A stretch of DNA of 64,000 nt, from contig CAZAYP010000001.1 of assembly GCA_964489425.1 (NCBI GenBank), positions 80,171-144,170 of the forward strand. Direction: 5' to 3'. The notes below the pieces were generated by a model. That model saw only the letters and a list, made by a program, of their open reading frames with translations, was not told the DNA's origin and searched no databases. The stretch comes from an uncultured Verrucomicrobiota bacterium. GTDB lineage: Bacteria > Verrucomicrobiota > Kiritimatiellia > RZYC01 > CAZAYP01. The translations under genes were made by a program, and so were the position numbers. Below, piece after piece: positions 17,849 to 28,158 of this stretch (its first letter is position 1; every line of letters begins with the position of its first letter).

Positions 17849-19291
17849 TCACCGGCTGAAATCTTTCAAGTGTCCCAGCACGGCCTTGGCGCCGCGCCAG
17901 AGGTACGAGGGATCGTGCAGATTTTTCAGGGCCTGGCGCAGCATGTACTGCGGCGTCAGGAACGAGCGGTACACGCCGTTGCACATCTCGATGACTTCTT
18001 CGTTGCTCATGTCCGGCAACTGGATGACCGTGCCGCGCATGTCGTATTTCTCGTACTCGTCCGGCGCGAACCGCAGCAGGCCGTGCTGGATGACGTAATC
18101 GTTCATGGGCGTGCCCGGGTACGGCACCACGATCGTGGCCTGGAGCATCTCGGCGCTACCTTCAGCCATGAGCCGGCGGGCCAGATCGAGGGTGCGTTGC
18201 GCGTCGGCCCGCGTCTCCCAGGGGTAACCGACCATCACGGTCAGGTGCACGTCGATGCCGGCGCGGGCCGCGTTGCGGCACCCGGTAACGATATGGTCCA
18301 CGGTCGTGCCCTTGTTGATCTTGTCCAGCGTGGCCTGGTTGGCGGATTCCAGGCCGCTCTTGATCTTGCGGAACCCGGCGCGCTTCATCAGCCTTGGGAG
18401 TTCTGGATCGGTCAGGTAGTCGAACCGCATGTTGCAGGAAAACAGGATCTCCTTGTGGTAACCGCGCGCCATCATGCCGGCGCAAAATTCGCGCAGCCAC
18501 GCGCCACCCGGGATCGTGCCGGAGTCGTCGAATATTTCGCGCGCGCCATCATGTTCGATCAGGTGCCCGATCTCGTCCAGCGTCCGCTCCACGGTCATGG
18601 TGCGGAACTTCGGGAAAATGACCTGCCACGCGCAAAACGTACAGCGGCCCCATGGACAGTCGCGGCCTTCCATCATGTAGAAGAAGGGCTGGCGCTTTTT
18701 CCACTTTTCGCCGTAGAGGTGCGCCTTGGTCAACTGCCGGTCGATGAACGGCAGGGTGTTCAGGTCGTGGTTCAATTCGAACCGGCCGGTGCTCTTGATC
18801 TCCGCCCCATCGCGGAAATACCAACCGGGCTCGAGCGCCGCGCCGGTGTCCAGGTGGCGCGCCAGGTTGAGCAGCATGAAATCATAGTCGCCGCCGGTGA
18901 GCACGTAATCCACGCGCGAGCGCCGCAAGGTTTCTTCGGGCAGGGCGGTGACGTGGTCGCCCATCAGCACGATTTTCGCCGCCGGGAACCGCTGTTTCAG
19001 GTTGTCGGCGATCTGCCAGTGCAGCTTGACCACCGGCGTCTTGGTCTCCATGGCGATGATATCCGGCTGCTCATGGTCCATGAGCGCGCAAAACTCGTCC
19101 GCCGTCTTTTTTTCCGTGATGTGGTCGGCCCAGACCACGGCGAATCCTTGCTGGCGCAAGAGAGTGGCGGCCGAGGCGGCGACCACCGGGTAAATGAAAG
19201 ATTCCGCGTGGTACCACTGGAACTGGCGGTTCTGGGTCAGCATGGGGCTGCCCTTGCCGGCCAGGGGGGGGTACGCGATGGCGATTTTCAT
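17849..19291 (-). CDS. B12-binding-domain radical SAM protein
   Basis: N-terminal B12-binding region (MGDHVTALPEE, GGDYD). CPWGRCTFC cluster motif, GLESANQ, MVGYPWET, PYPGTP. Start may be 19309. Confidence 0.85.
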   Translation of the reverse strand: MKIAIAYPPLAGKGSPMLTQNRQFQWYHAESFIYPVVAASAATLLRQQGFAVVWADHITEKKTADEFCALMDHEQPDIIAMETKTPVVKLHWQIADNLKQRFPAAKIVLMGDHVTALPEETLRRSRVDYVLTGGDYDFMLLNLARHLDTGAALEPGWYFRDGAEIKSTGRFELNHDLNTLPFIDRQLTKAHLYGEKWKKRQPFFYMMEGRDCPWGRCTFCAWQVIFPKFRTMTVERTLDEIGHLIEHDGAREIFDDSGTIPGGAWLREFCAGMMARGYHKEILFSCNMRFDYLTDPELPRLMKRAGFRKIKSGLESANQATLDKINKGTTVDHIVTGCRNAARAGIDVHLTVMVGYPWETRADAQRTLDLARRLMAEGSAEMLQATIVVPYPGTPMNDYVIQHGLLRFAPDEYEKYDMRGTVIQLPDMSNEEVIEMCNGVYRSFLTPQYMLRQALKNLHDPSYLWRGAKAVLGHLKDFSR

Positions 19292-19301
19292 GGGGCGCCG
19301 C

Positions 19302-20075
19302 TCAGCCATCGTGCATCTCGATGCGGGTGATCTTCATTTTTTCCGGATCGATTTTGGCCGCGCAATGCGTCACCAGCTTGTCCATGTCGTAGCCCTGGGC
19401 ACGCAGGTGGCTGTTGATGTGGAACTCGGCGGAGAGGTATTCAATCCGGTCCAGGACACTGCACCGCGTGAGGACTTCATGTTCGGCGCCCTCGCAGTCA
19501 ATCTTCAGCATGCGGCAGCGGACGATCTGGTTTTTCTGGAACACGTCGTCCAGGGTGGTGGAAGCGATGGTGTGGTATTCATGGCCGACCGGGCGCAGGT
19601 CGCGCAAGCAACCGGTCGCGCCGGCGGGGCAGACCGCGTTCATCACCATGGGGAACGGGCGCCCATCAGCCGTGATCGCCAGGTTGAACGGCCGCACGTT
19701 GGTCACCTGGTTGAGGCGCAGGTTCAGGACCAGGTGGCGGAAATTGCTCGGGATCGGTTCAAACGCATAAATGGTCACATCCGGCCGGCGTTTGGCCAGG
19801 TAAATGGACACCATGCCCACGTTGGCGCCGACGTCAATGACCACGTCGCCGGCCTGGAAGGGAATTTTATCGATTTGATAATCGTCCTGCTCCAGTTCCC
19901 GCGCGATCACATCCACGGCAATCGAAGAGTTCAGGTCCAGCACTTCCAACTCCAGGCCCTGGATGACGTAATGCCGCAGGGTCGGTTGCGGCCGGTCCTG
20001 GTACAGGCCCTGGCGGGCGATGCGGAACGGGTGTCGGACCAGCAACTTCAGATCAGCCAGCGTCAATCCCTTCAT
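19302..20075 (-). CDS. FkbM family methyltransferase
   Basis: VIDVGANVG, YAFEP, LKIDCEGAE. Confidence 0.88.
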   Translation of the reverse strand: MKGLTLADLKLLVRHPFRIARQGLYQDRPQPTLRHYVIQGLELEVLDLNSSIAVDVIARELEQDDYQIDKIPFQAGDVVIDVGANVGMVSIYLAKRRPDVTIYAFEPIPSNFRHLVLNLRLNQVTNVRPFNLAITADGRPFPMVMNAVCPAGATGCLRDLRPVGHEYHTIASTTLDDVFQKNQIVRCRMLKIDCEGAEHEVLTRCSVLDRIEYLSAEFHINSHLRAQGYDMDKLVTHCAAKIDPEKMKITRIEMHDG

Positions 20076-20095
20076 GCGTTCATCTCCTGTAGGAT

Positions 20096-21241
20096 TTAGT
20101 GCCCCTGCAACAATTGTTCATACACGGCCAGCACCCCGCGGGCGCAGCGTTCCCACGAAAAGAAACGCGCGCGCTCCACGCAGCGCTGCCGCAGGTCCGC
20201 CAGCGTGGCCGGCGCCTGCAGCAACCGCAGCAGGGCCATGCCGATTTCCGCCGGGCTGGCCGGGTTCACCATCTGGCCGGCCGACCCGACCACTTCCGGG
20301 AGCGAGTCCACGTTGGACACCAGCACCGGCGTACCGCAGGCCATGGCTTCCACCACCGGCAAGCCAAACCCTTCTTTGAAGGACACGGCCACAAACAAGT
20401 CCGCCATCTGGTACACGTGGGGCAGGTCGTCGTCCGCCACGTAGCCGGGGAACAGCACCTGGCCGGCCAGTCCCAGTTGCTGGGCCTCGCGCGCGGCCTC
20501 GTCGAAAAAGCGATCGCGCACGCCGACCATGACGAGCGGCATGGGCGCGTCGGCCAGGTGCCGGTACAGCTGGTAGCCGCGGATCATGCCCCGCCAGTTC
20601 TTGTGCGGCCGGGAGTTGCCCACGTTCAGCAGGTACCGCGCGGGCAGGCCGTACTTGCGCCGCACCCGGTCGCGGGCGGCATCGTCCCGCCGATCGTTGA
20701 AGTGGGAATCCACGCCGTTATAGACCACGGTGATGCGGTCGGCGGGCAGGTGGTAGGTGCGCATGATGTCCTGGCGCGTGGCTTCGGATACGGCGATGAT
20801 ATGGCGCGCGCGGCGCATGCTCATCTTGTAGGCGAGGCGATAGAACAACGCGATCACCGTGGCCACGGGTTCCGGCCGCTTGCCGGAAAAGCCCTCCACC
20901 TTGATCGCCTGCAAATCATGCACGGTAACGATCGTCGGCGCCGGGATCCGCAAAGGCATGACCGGGAACAGCGCATGGAACAGGTCCAGGCGCTGGCGCT
21001 GGACGGCGTCTTCCATGAAAAACCACGTACCCAGCGACACGGGCTTGGGACGGCACGACACCTCGCGCACGCGGCTGCCGGCCGCGCCCAGGGCTTCCCC
21101 ATAATCCGCGCGCTTAAACACCACGAACTCATGGTCTGACGGGAGGCTGGCCAGGTGCCGCACCAGGTTCAGGCTGACCCGGCCGATGCCGTGGAAGTGG
21201 TCGGCGTAAATATAGCGGGCGTCTAATCCGATCCGTGCCAT
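20096..21241 (-). CDS. GT4 glycosyltransferase
   Basis: GIGR, TVHDL, PHKN, EGFGLPVVEAMACGTPV. Confidence 0.92.
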   Translation of the reverse strand: MARIGLDARYIYADHFHGIGRVSLNLVRHLASLPSDHEFVVFKRADYGEALGAAGSRVREVSCRPKPVSLGTWFFMEDAVQRQRLDLFHALFPVMPLRIPAPTIVTVHDLQAIKVEGFSGKRPEPVATVIALFYRLAYKMSMRRARHIIAVSEATRQDIMRTYHLPADRITVVYNGVDSHFNDRRDDAARDRVRRKYGLPARYLLNVGNSRPHKNWRGMIRGYQLYRHLADAPMPLVMVGVRDRFFDEAAREAQQLGLAGQVLFPGYVADDDLPHVYQMADLFVAVSFKEGFGLPVVEAMACGTPVLVSNVDSLPEVVGSAGQMVNPASPAEIGMALLRLLQAPATLADLRQRCVERARFFSWERCARGVLAVYEQLLQGH

Positions 21242-21248
21242 GGATACC

Positions 21249-22262
21249 TCAGCAGATGCCCTGGGTGTTCAGCCAGGCCGCGGTACGGGCGCAGCCCGCG
21301 GCTATATCAAAGGCCGGGGCATAGCCCAGCCGCGCCCGGATTTTATCCGTGGACACGATGTCCACGCTATGCGATGTCCAGAACACCGTGGTGCGGGTGA
21401 AAAAGGGTTTGCGCGTGGCCGGTGAGACAATGGGCCAGAACGGGAACACCTTGGCCGTGTACTCGAAGGTTAGCCCAATCAACATGGCCAACGGCACCGG
21501 GATATGGACAAACCAGACCCGCACCCCCATGGAAGCGGCCACGTGGGCCACCATCTCGCGGACCGTGTAAGAGCGCTGGCCGGAGATGTAGAACAGCTCT
21601 CCTGCGGCCGCCGGTTGTTCGCCGCACAGTCGCAGCCCCTGCACCGCATCCTCCACGAAGCAAAACTCCATTAAGGACCGGCCGGATCCGATCAACGGAT
21701 AAAACCGGCGCTTGACCATGCGGAACAGTTTGGGCACCAGGATGTCCGTTCCCGGGCCATAGATCATGGGCAGGCGGGCCACCACGGATTCAAAAGTCCA
21801 GGGTCCCTGCAGCACCAATCGCTCCGCTTCCAGCTTGCTGCGGCCATAGTTGTTGACCGGGTGGGGCGGCTCCTCCTCGCGCCGTGGATGCACGCCATCG
21901 CCGAAGCCCGCCGCCTCCACGGTGGACACGAACACGAAGCGCCGCACGCCGGCTTGCTGCGCCGCGCGCAGCAGGTACAGCGTGCCCAGCACGTTGACGC
22001 GCCAGAAGTCGTCCCAGGTTTTGCTGAGGATGTTGCGCGGGATTGCCGCCAGGTGATACACCACCTCGACCCCGTCCACCAGGCCCTGGGTCGTCGCCGG
22101 ATCGGCCAGGTCCCCTACCCGCCAGTCCAGGGCCGCCGGGTCCAAGTCATGGAGCGCGTACGTGCCAAAGGCCAGGGCGCGCACCTCGTGCCCGGCACGC
22201 ACCAGCGACCGTACCAGGTGCTGCCCGATGAACCCATTAGCGCCAGTGACCAGGGTTTTCAC
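21249..22262 (-). CDS. NAD-dependent epimerase/dehydratase
   Basis: GTG start at 22262 (GTGA overlap). VTGANGFIG, HLAA, YGRSK, IYGPG. Confidence 0.88.
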   Translation of the reverse strand: MKTLVTGANGFIGQHLVRSLVRAGHEVRALAFGTYALHDLDPAALDWRVGDLADPATTQGLVDGVEVVYHLAAIPRNILSKTWDDFWRVNVLGTLYLLRAAQQAGVRRFVFVSTVEAAGFGDGVHPRREEEPPHPVNNYGRSKLEAERLVLQGPWTFESVVARLPMIYGPGTDILVPKLFRMVKRRFYPLIGSGRSLMEFCFVEDAVQGLRLCGEQPAAAGELFYISGQRSYTVREMVAHVAASMGVRVWFVHIPVPLAMLIGLTFEYTAKVFPFWPIVSPATRKPFFTRTTVFWTSHSVDIVSTDKIRARLGYAPAFDIAAGCARTAAWLNTQGIC

Positions 22263-23323
22263 GCTGGCAGCGCCCCGGCCAGGACATCCTGGTATTTTCG
22301 AAACACCTTGGCCCACGCATAGCGCTCCACCACAAACTGGCGGCCCGCGGCGCCGAGTTGCGCGCACCGGGCGGGATCCGCGTAAAGCTGGACCAGGGCT
22401 TGGGCCAGGGCGGCGGCGTCAGACCGGGGAATGCACACCCCGATCCCGCCCGTGGCTTCGCAGACGGCCGGGTCATCCGCATAGATAACCGGTTTGCCGC
22501 AGGCCATGCCTTCCAGCGCCGTGTAACCATAACCTTCCTGCATCAGGGTGGGGAAAACCACGACATCCGCCTGCTGATAATACGGTGCAAGGGCTGCAAC
22601 ATTCGGATGGAATTCCACCGGCAAGCCGGCCGCGGCCTGACGCAGTTCCTCGTAATAGGCCCGATCCTCGATGTAGCCCGCGATCCACACCTTGATCCGG
22701 TTCAGCCATTCGGCGGGCAACTCCCGCAGTGCGGCCAATACGATATGCTGGCCCTTGCCCCGGGCAATCCGCGACGGATAGGATATGACCCACTTCTCGT
22801 TCGCGCACGACCGCGGGCTGAACGTGTCGGTATCCACGCCGTTGTGAATGAAGGATACGATGCCCCGGAGCGCCTCGTCCCGGACCAATTCACGGCAACT
22901 CGCCTGGCTGATCGCCACGATTCGGCGGGCGGCGCGCAACCGGCGCCGGGCCAATCCTTTTTTTACTCGTTCCATCCAGCCATGTTGATCGGCCGCTTTG
23001 CCAAAATTGAAATCGTAAAACAGGGTGACCGTGGGAATATCAGCATAGGTGGTTTCGATGTTGTTCGACAGCACGAGGTCCACCCCGCGGGCTTTCAAAA
23101 TCTGATACCCCTGCCGCCGCAATATTTGATAGTTCAGAAATTTATGGGTGGTCAGCGGGATGATATGCGCGCCAGGCGGCGGGACGCAGGCCGCGTTCTT
23201 CCACCCGGTCACCAGTTCGACGCGGTAATGTTGGGTGGCCTGCTGCCAGAGATTATAAATCACCGTTTCCCGGCCGCTGGTGACATCCGGCGGAAAATGG
23301 CGGGTAATGATGCCCAGCTTCAT
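22259..23323 (-). CDS. GT4 glycosyltransferase
   Basis: MKLGIITRHFPP, HNGVD, KGQ, EGYGYTALEGMACGKPV. Confidence 0.88.
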   Translation of the reverse strand: MKLGIITRHFPPDVTSGRETVIYNLWQQATQHYRVELVTGWKNAACVPPPGAHIIPLTTHKFLNYQILRRQGYQILKARGVDLVLSNNIETTYADIPTVTLFYDFNFGKAADQHGWMERVKKGLARRRLRAARRIVAISQASCRELVRDEALRGIVSFIHNGVDTDTFSPRSCANEKWVISYPSRIARGKGQHIVLAALRELPAEWLNRIKVWIAGYIEDRAYYEELRQAAAGLPVEFHPNVAALAPYYQQADVVVFPTLMQEGYGYTALEGMACGKPVIYADDPAVCEATGGIGVCIPRSDAAALAQALVQLYADPARCAQLGAAGRQFVVERYAWAKVFRKYQDVLAGALPA

Positions 23324-24441
23324 ACATGCCGGCCCGGCTGGGCCGGGCGCTCCGCGGCGGCGGCTTGGTACACCTGCCAGGTCGCGGTGGCACACCGATC
23401 CCAAGTGAACGCCGCCGCCCGTTGCCGCCCCTGGGCGACGAGGTCGGCGCGCAAGGCCGGGGTCCGGATCAAGTCCAGCAATCCTTGCGCGATGGCAGCG
23501 GTGGAATACGGATCTACTTTCAACGCGGCATCGCCCACCACCTCCGGCAGGCTGGTGACGTTGGAGGTTACCACCGGCGTGCCGCAAGCCATGGCCTCCA
23601 GCGGCGGCAGACCGAACCCCTCATACAGGGAGGGGAAGGCAAACACCGCGGCGGCGTTATACAGGGCGGGCAGATCGGCCGCCGGCACAAAGCCCACGTG
23701 GCGCAGGCGCGCGCCCAACCCGGCCTCCCGGCTGGCCCGGGCCAGGCTGTAGCGCCACCCGCCGCCGCCCGCCAGCACCAGATCGTGCGGCACCTGGCCG
23801 GCGATCTGCGCGAACGCCGCCACGAGCCGGTCCAGATTCTTGTGTGGCGCCAGGGTGGCCACGGACAGCACAAACGGCCGGCTTAATTCGTATTTTTCCC
23901 GCACCGCCGCCAAGGCTTCCGGGGCCAGGGTCCGAAACCGCGCGTTCACGCCCAGGGGAATGGCGACGACCCGCTGCGCGTCCAGGTCCGGGTAACGGGC
24001 GAGCACCGCATGCCGGACGTGTTCGGAAATGGCAATGATCCGCGCGGCGCGATAGACCACGCGATCCTGGCAATACGTATGCGAGGCGCCATGCCAGCGG
24101 TTGTAATCTTCCGGGTGCTGGCTGCAATGGAGGTCATATATCGTCAGCACCATGGGGCACGGCGGCCGGAACGGCGCGTGCACGCCAGGCACATGCAGCA
24201 CCTCGGCGCCGGCCGCCCGCGCGTCGCGCGGCAACTGATATTGCGTCCAGATCGTTTCCCGCCACAGCGTGTCCCACGCCCGCAGGACGCGGTGCGCGCG
24301 CCCGAAGCAAGGCGCATAGCCCGGCGTGACCAGCTGCGCATCCGGCGCCACCCGGTGCAAGGCCGGCAGCAACTCCTCGATGTAAACAGCCGTGCCGTCC
24401 CGGGCGATCCGGGTGTGGGAAATATCGAGGGCGACCTTCAT
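23320..24441 (-). CDS. GT4 glycosyltransferase
   Basis: MKVALD, TIYDL, PHKNL, FPSLYEGFGLPPLEAMACGTPV. Confidence 0.92.
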   Translation of the reverse strand: MKVALDISHTRIARDGTAVYIEELLPALHRVAPDAQLVTPGYAPCFGRAHRVLRAWDTLWRETIWTQYQLPRDARAAGAEVLHVPGVHAPFRPPCPMVLTIYDLHCSQHPEDYNRWHGASHTYCQDRVVYRAARIIAISEHVRHAVLARYPDLDAQRVVAIPLGVNARFRTLAPEALAAVREKYELSRPFVLSVATLAPHKNLDRLVAAFAQIAGQVPHDLVLAGGGGWRYSLARASREAGLGARLRHVGFVPAADLPALYNAAAVFAFPSLYEGFGLPPLEAMACGTPVVTSNVTSLPEVVGDAALKVDPYSTAAIAQGLLDLIRTPALRADLVAQGRQRAAAFTWDRCATATWQVYQAAAAERPAQPGRHV

Positions 24442-25574
24442 CCCGCAGCCCCCCGGGCGGTCCCGCCGCGGGCCGCGGCGGCCACGCGCTCGTAGACCGC
24501 CCAGGTTTGTTGCGCGCAGCGATCCCAGCTGAATTCCCGCGCACGCCGCAGCCCGGCCGCGGCCAACTGCTGCCGCCACGCGGCATCCGTCAGCATGCGG
24601 CCCAGGCCCGCGGCAATGGACGCCACCGAAAGGGGATCTACCAGGCAACCGGCCGCCCCGACCACTTCCGGGATGCTGTTGGTGTTGGACGCCAGCACCG
24701 GCGTCCGGCAGGCCATGGCTTCGAGGGGCGGCAACCCGAACCCCTCGTTCAGGGACACAAACGCCAGCGCATCGGCCAGGCGGTACAGGCCCGGCAAATC
24801 GACCAGCGGCACATAGCCCAGGATCCGGACCCGGTCCTCCAGGCGCAGGTCGCGGACCTGCTGCCGCAACGCGCCGGCCATCCCGTCATCTCCGCCCGCC
24901 AGAACCAACTGGTGCGGCACGCCGGCCGCCAACTGGTGGAACGCCGCCACCAACCGCTCCAGGTTCTTGCCATGGCGCAAGGCGCACACGGACAAGACCA
25001 CTGGCGCCGCGAGTTGGTATTTCCGGCGCACGCGGTCCGCCTCGCCTTCGGAGACCGGATGGAAGATCGGGTTGACCCCCAGCGGGATCGCGGTCACGCG
25101 CGCCGGTGCCACGCGCGGAAAATGGGCCTGCAAATCGCTTTTGACAAAATCGGAAATCGTGATGAGGTGATCCGCGCCACGCACGGCCTGGCGCAGGTAG
25201 AAACTGCTGGACATCCGGTTCCATGGCCGGAACAACTCCGGGTGCCGTAGCAGGGTCATGTCGTAGATCGTCGCTACGCAGGGGACGGCGCAGCGCAAGG
25301 AGTGCCAGAGGGCCGTGGCGTGGAACACCTGGACCTGGTGCTGGCGCAGGAGGCGGGGCAGACGGGTTTGGAACCATACGACCTCGCGCAGCAGGGTGTC
25401 ATACACCCGGCCCCATTTATTCCGCCGCGAAAAGCGCGGCTGGTACTGCAGCTCGATCAGGCTGCCGGGCGGCACCTGGCGCCGCAGCGCGCTGACGATC
25501 TCGCGCACGTACGTGGCCATGCCGGCGCCTTCCACGCCGCAGGCCGAAGTGTCGATGGCTACCTTGATGCTCAT
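24438..25574 (-). CDS. GT4 glycosyltransferase (paralog of the adjacent gene)
   Basis: KVAID, TIYDM, KNL, SLNEGFGLPPLEAMAC. Confidence 0.92.
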   Translation of the reverse strand: MSIKVAIDTSACGVEGAGMATYVREIVSALRRQVPPGSLIELQYQPRFSRRNKWGRVYDTLLREVVWFQTRLPRLLRQHQVQVFHATALWHSLRCAVPCVATIYDMTLLRHPELFRPWNRMSSSFYLRQAVRGADHLITISDFVKSDLQAHFPRVAPARVTAIPLGVNPIFHPVSEGEADRVRRKYQLAAPVVLSVCALRHGKNLERLVAAFHQLAAGVPHQLVLAGGDDGMAGALRQQVRDLRLEDRVRILGYVPLVDLPGLYRLADALAFVSLNEGFGLPPLEAMACRTPVLASNTNSIPEVVGAAGCLVDPLSVASIAAGLGRMLTDAAWRQQLAAAGLRRAREFSWDRCAQQTWAVYERVAAAARGGTARGAAG

Positions 25575-26536
25575 GGGCCGGACACCGCGTTATCGGTTGA
25601 GGTGGCCGGTTGCGGGACCAGCGGCATGCGCCAACCGTCGGCCAGGCCGCGGCCCAGGGCGGCGATTTTCGGCCAGCGCCCGCGGGCCAGGAACCCGGCC
25701 AACAAATACACGTTAAAGCCCGCGTAGGCCGCGAGGGCGCAGGCCCATTGCGCCGCACCGCGCGCGTGCAGGCGGATCACGAACAGCCGGTTGCGCGCAA
25801 ACAGGTAATGCGCCCGGGGCGACGTGGTGCCGCCAAATTGCAACAAGGTGTTTTTCACCGTGGAGGCGGCCACTTTATGGCGCAGGACGGCCGACGGCAC
25901 ATAGCGCATCCGCAGGTGATGACGGCGCAGGCGCAGGCACCATTCGACATCCTCGTAGTAGGCGAAAAATTGGTCATGCAACAAGCCCACCTGCGCAAAC
26001 ACGCTGCGGCGCACGAACAGGCAGCAACCGCAGACATAGCCCACGTCCAACGCTCGGTCAAATTGTCCGCGGTCGGGCTGTCCCAAGCCCCCATGGTGGT
26101 TGGTCAGGCGCAGGGGGTTGATTGCGCCACCGCCGTACCAGATCCGGTCGGGCGGATCCTGGTACAGAATCTTCGCGCTGGCCACGGCCACGCCGGAATC
26201 CGCCTGCATCGCCGCCAGCAACGATTCCAGGCAGTCCGGCGCCACTTCAGTGTCGTTGTTCAACAGCCAGATGTAATCCGCGCCCAGCTGTTGCAGCCGG
26301 CGAATCCCGATGTTGTTGCCGCCGGTGAACCCCAGGTTGCGATCGTTGCGGATGACTTCGACCTGGGGAAACATCGCGGCCAGTTGGTCCGCCTCGTTGC
26401 CAGCGGACGCATTATCGACCACGACCATCCGCCATGGCACGCGGCGGCCCGCCAGCAAGGACGCGATGCAAAGACGGGTGAACTCCGCCGTGTTCCAGTT
26501 GACCAGGACCACGCCGACCTTGGCCTCCATGGTCAT
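25571..26536 (-). CDS. GT2 glycosyltransferase
   Basis: VLVNWN, VDNAS, NLGFTGGNN, LLNND, FAYYEDVEW. Confidence 0.92.
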   Translation of the reverse strand: MTMEAKVGVVLVNWNTAEFTRLCIASLLAGRRVPWRMVVVDNASAGNEADQLAAMFPQVEVIRNDRNLGFTGGNNIGIRRLQQLGADYIWLLNNDTEVAPDCLESLLAAMQADSGVAVASAKILYQDPPDRIWYGGGAINPLRLTNHHGGLGQPDRGQFDRALDVGYVCGCCLFVRRSVFAQVGLLHDQFFAYYEDVEWCLRLRRHHLRMRYVPSAVLRHKVAASTVKNTLLQFGGTTSPRAHYLFARNRLFVIRLHARGAAQWACALAAYAGFNVYLLAGFLARGRWPKIAALGRGLADGWRMPLVPQPATSTDNAVSGP

Positions 26537-28095
26537 GAAGGCGCCGGCGTCGGGTCTGGCGCCGGTGGCCGACTGGCGCGCGCAGGCGGCGCGATGGGCG
26601 GGGTGGCTTCCTCGTCCGGTTCGGGCGCCGCCCGTTCGTCGGCTTGCACCAGGAGGTTGATGATCCCGGCATAGAACATGAACAAGGGCACGGTTTTCAC
26701 GTCACCGTAAATGGAGGTGAGGAACAGCAGGATCACCGTGAAGTTGTAGGCCGCCACTCCGACCGCGCAGCGGTAGAGCAAGGGGTCGTGCCACGGCCGG
26801 CGCAACTGGCGCATCATCAGGACCGCGATGCTAATGATCAGGGCCACCACCGTAACCGCGCCAAACGCCCCCAGGTCCAGCATGAGCGAGAGCATGGAAT
26901 TATGGTAGTTGCGCGTCCAGATTTGATACTCGATATTGTCCGCCCACCAGTGCACCGTGGCCAGAATGCGATCGAATTCCGCGCTGTCGAACACAAACCC
27001 CTTGCCCATCCAGAAGTAGCGGGGAATATCCAGCACCGCCCGTTTCCACAATTCCTGGCGCCATTCCAAGGTGCCCACGGCCGACGCCAAGGCCTCGCTC
27101 TTGACCTCGACCAGGGGCAAAAAGCTCACGATCCGCTGCACCGTGAGCGGCATGTCCCGGGCGAAGATAATCACGCCGACGTAGCCCAACAACGTCAACC
27201 CGCCCAGCATGAAATACCAGCGCCACTTGGCCTGCCACCGACCGCAGAAGATATACATCAGCGTGAACAGTCCCAGGATGATTACGGAAGAGCGATAACC
27301 CGAGATCAGGATCAGGAACAGGGAAAAGCACCATAACAGCAAGGCCAATGGCCACCGGATTTTGCCGGCGCCCAGGAGGACGAGCGTCAGCATGGGCAGC
27401 AACTGCCCGAGGCTCACCGCGCTGAACAGGCGGAACACGCCGCCGTACCGGTAGGCGCTCATACCTTCCGCCAGGGCCTCGAATTGCACCGTGCGGAAAA
27501 ATGAATACATCATGCTCAGCTTGCCGCCAGTCTTGATGAACAGGAAGTCCACGATCGGCGAGATGCCAGCCAGCAGCACCATGAACAGGAGGGCGACCTT
27601 GAGCTGTTTGGCTGACAATTCGAACCGGCGGGAGAAAAAGAAGAAAGCCACCAAGGCAAAATGGGTGACATAGACCATGCCTCCCCATTTGCTGCTGCCC
27701 AGCAAGCGAAACCCGCTGCCCCGCGCCACGATCAGCATGACCAGGATCGCCCCGTAGGCCAAGGCCAGCCGCTCGCTCCAGTTGATGCGCACCCGTTGTT
27801 CCTTGTGGATGATGGCCGCGGCCAGCATGGTCAAGGCAAACATCGTGAACATGCCTTCGGCCAGAGTCAACTGGCGCGACAGCAGGATGATGTCGCTGTT
27901 ATAAAAGGCAATGCCCAGCGCCAGCACCATGGCCGGACGGCTGACGAGCCAGACTCCCAACGGGAACAGAACCAGCAACGCCAAAAGCAAAAAGCTCCCG
28001 CTCTGGGCAAAGAGCAGCAGGACGGCAGCCACCAGACCGAACACGAACAGGATCAAGGTCAGGCTGGAAGATACGCTAACGTTTTGCGCGCCCAT
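26533..28095 (-). CDS. wzy: O-antigen polymerase/ligase family membrane protein (probable Wzy)
   Basis: More than 10 hydrophobic segments. SGYRS, R.ELW...G.GF and HNS...LDLG Wzy_C-type motifs. Lies among glycosyltransferase genes. Confidence 0.7.
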   Translation of the reverse strand: MGAQNVSVSSSLTLILFVFGLVAAVLLLFAQSGSFLLLALLVLFPLGVWLVSRPAMVLALGIAFYNSDIILLSRQLTLAEGMFTMFALTMLAAAIIHKEQRVRINWSERLALAYGAILVMLIVARGSGFRLLGSSKWGGMVYVTHFALVAFFFFSRRFELSAKQLKVALLFMVLLAGISPIVDFLFIKTGGKLSMMYSFFRTVQFEALAEGMSAYRYGGVFRLFSAVSLGQLLPMLTLVLLGAGKIRWPLALLLWCFSLFLILISGYRSSVIILGLFTLMYIFCGRWQAKWRWYFMLGGLTLLGYVGVIIFARDMPLTVQRIVSFLPLVEVKSEALASAVGTLEWRQELWKRAVLDIPRYFWMGKGFVFDSAEFDRILATVHWWADNIEYQIWTRNYHNSMLSLMLDLGAFGAVTVVALIISIAVLMMRQLRRPWHDPLLYRCAVGVAAYNFTVILLFLTSIYGDVKTVPLFMFYAGIINLLVQADERAAPEPDEEATPPIAPPARASRPPAPDPTPAPS

Positions 28096-28158
28096 GGAAT
28101 CCGGTAGTTGGGTTATTCAGTCGAAAACTATTGGCCGTCAGGATTTCAAGCCAAATGG

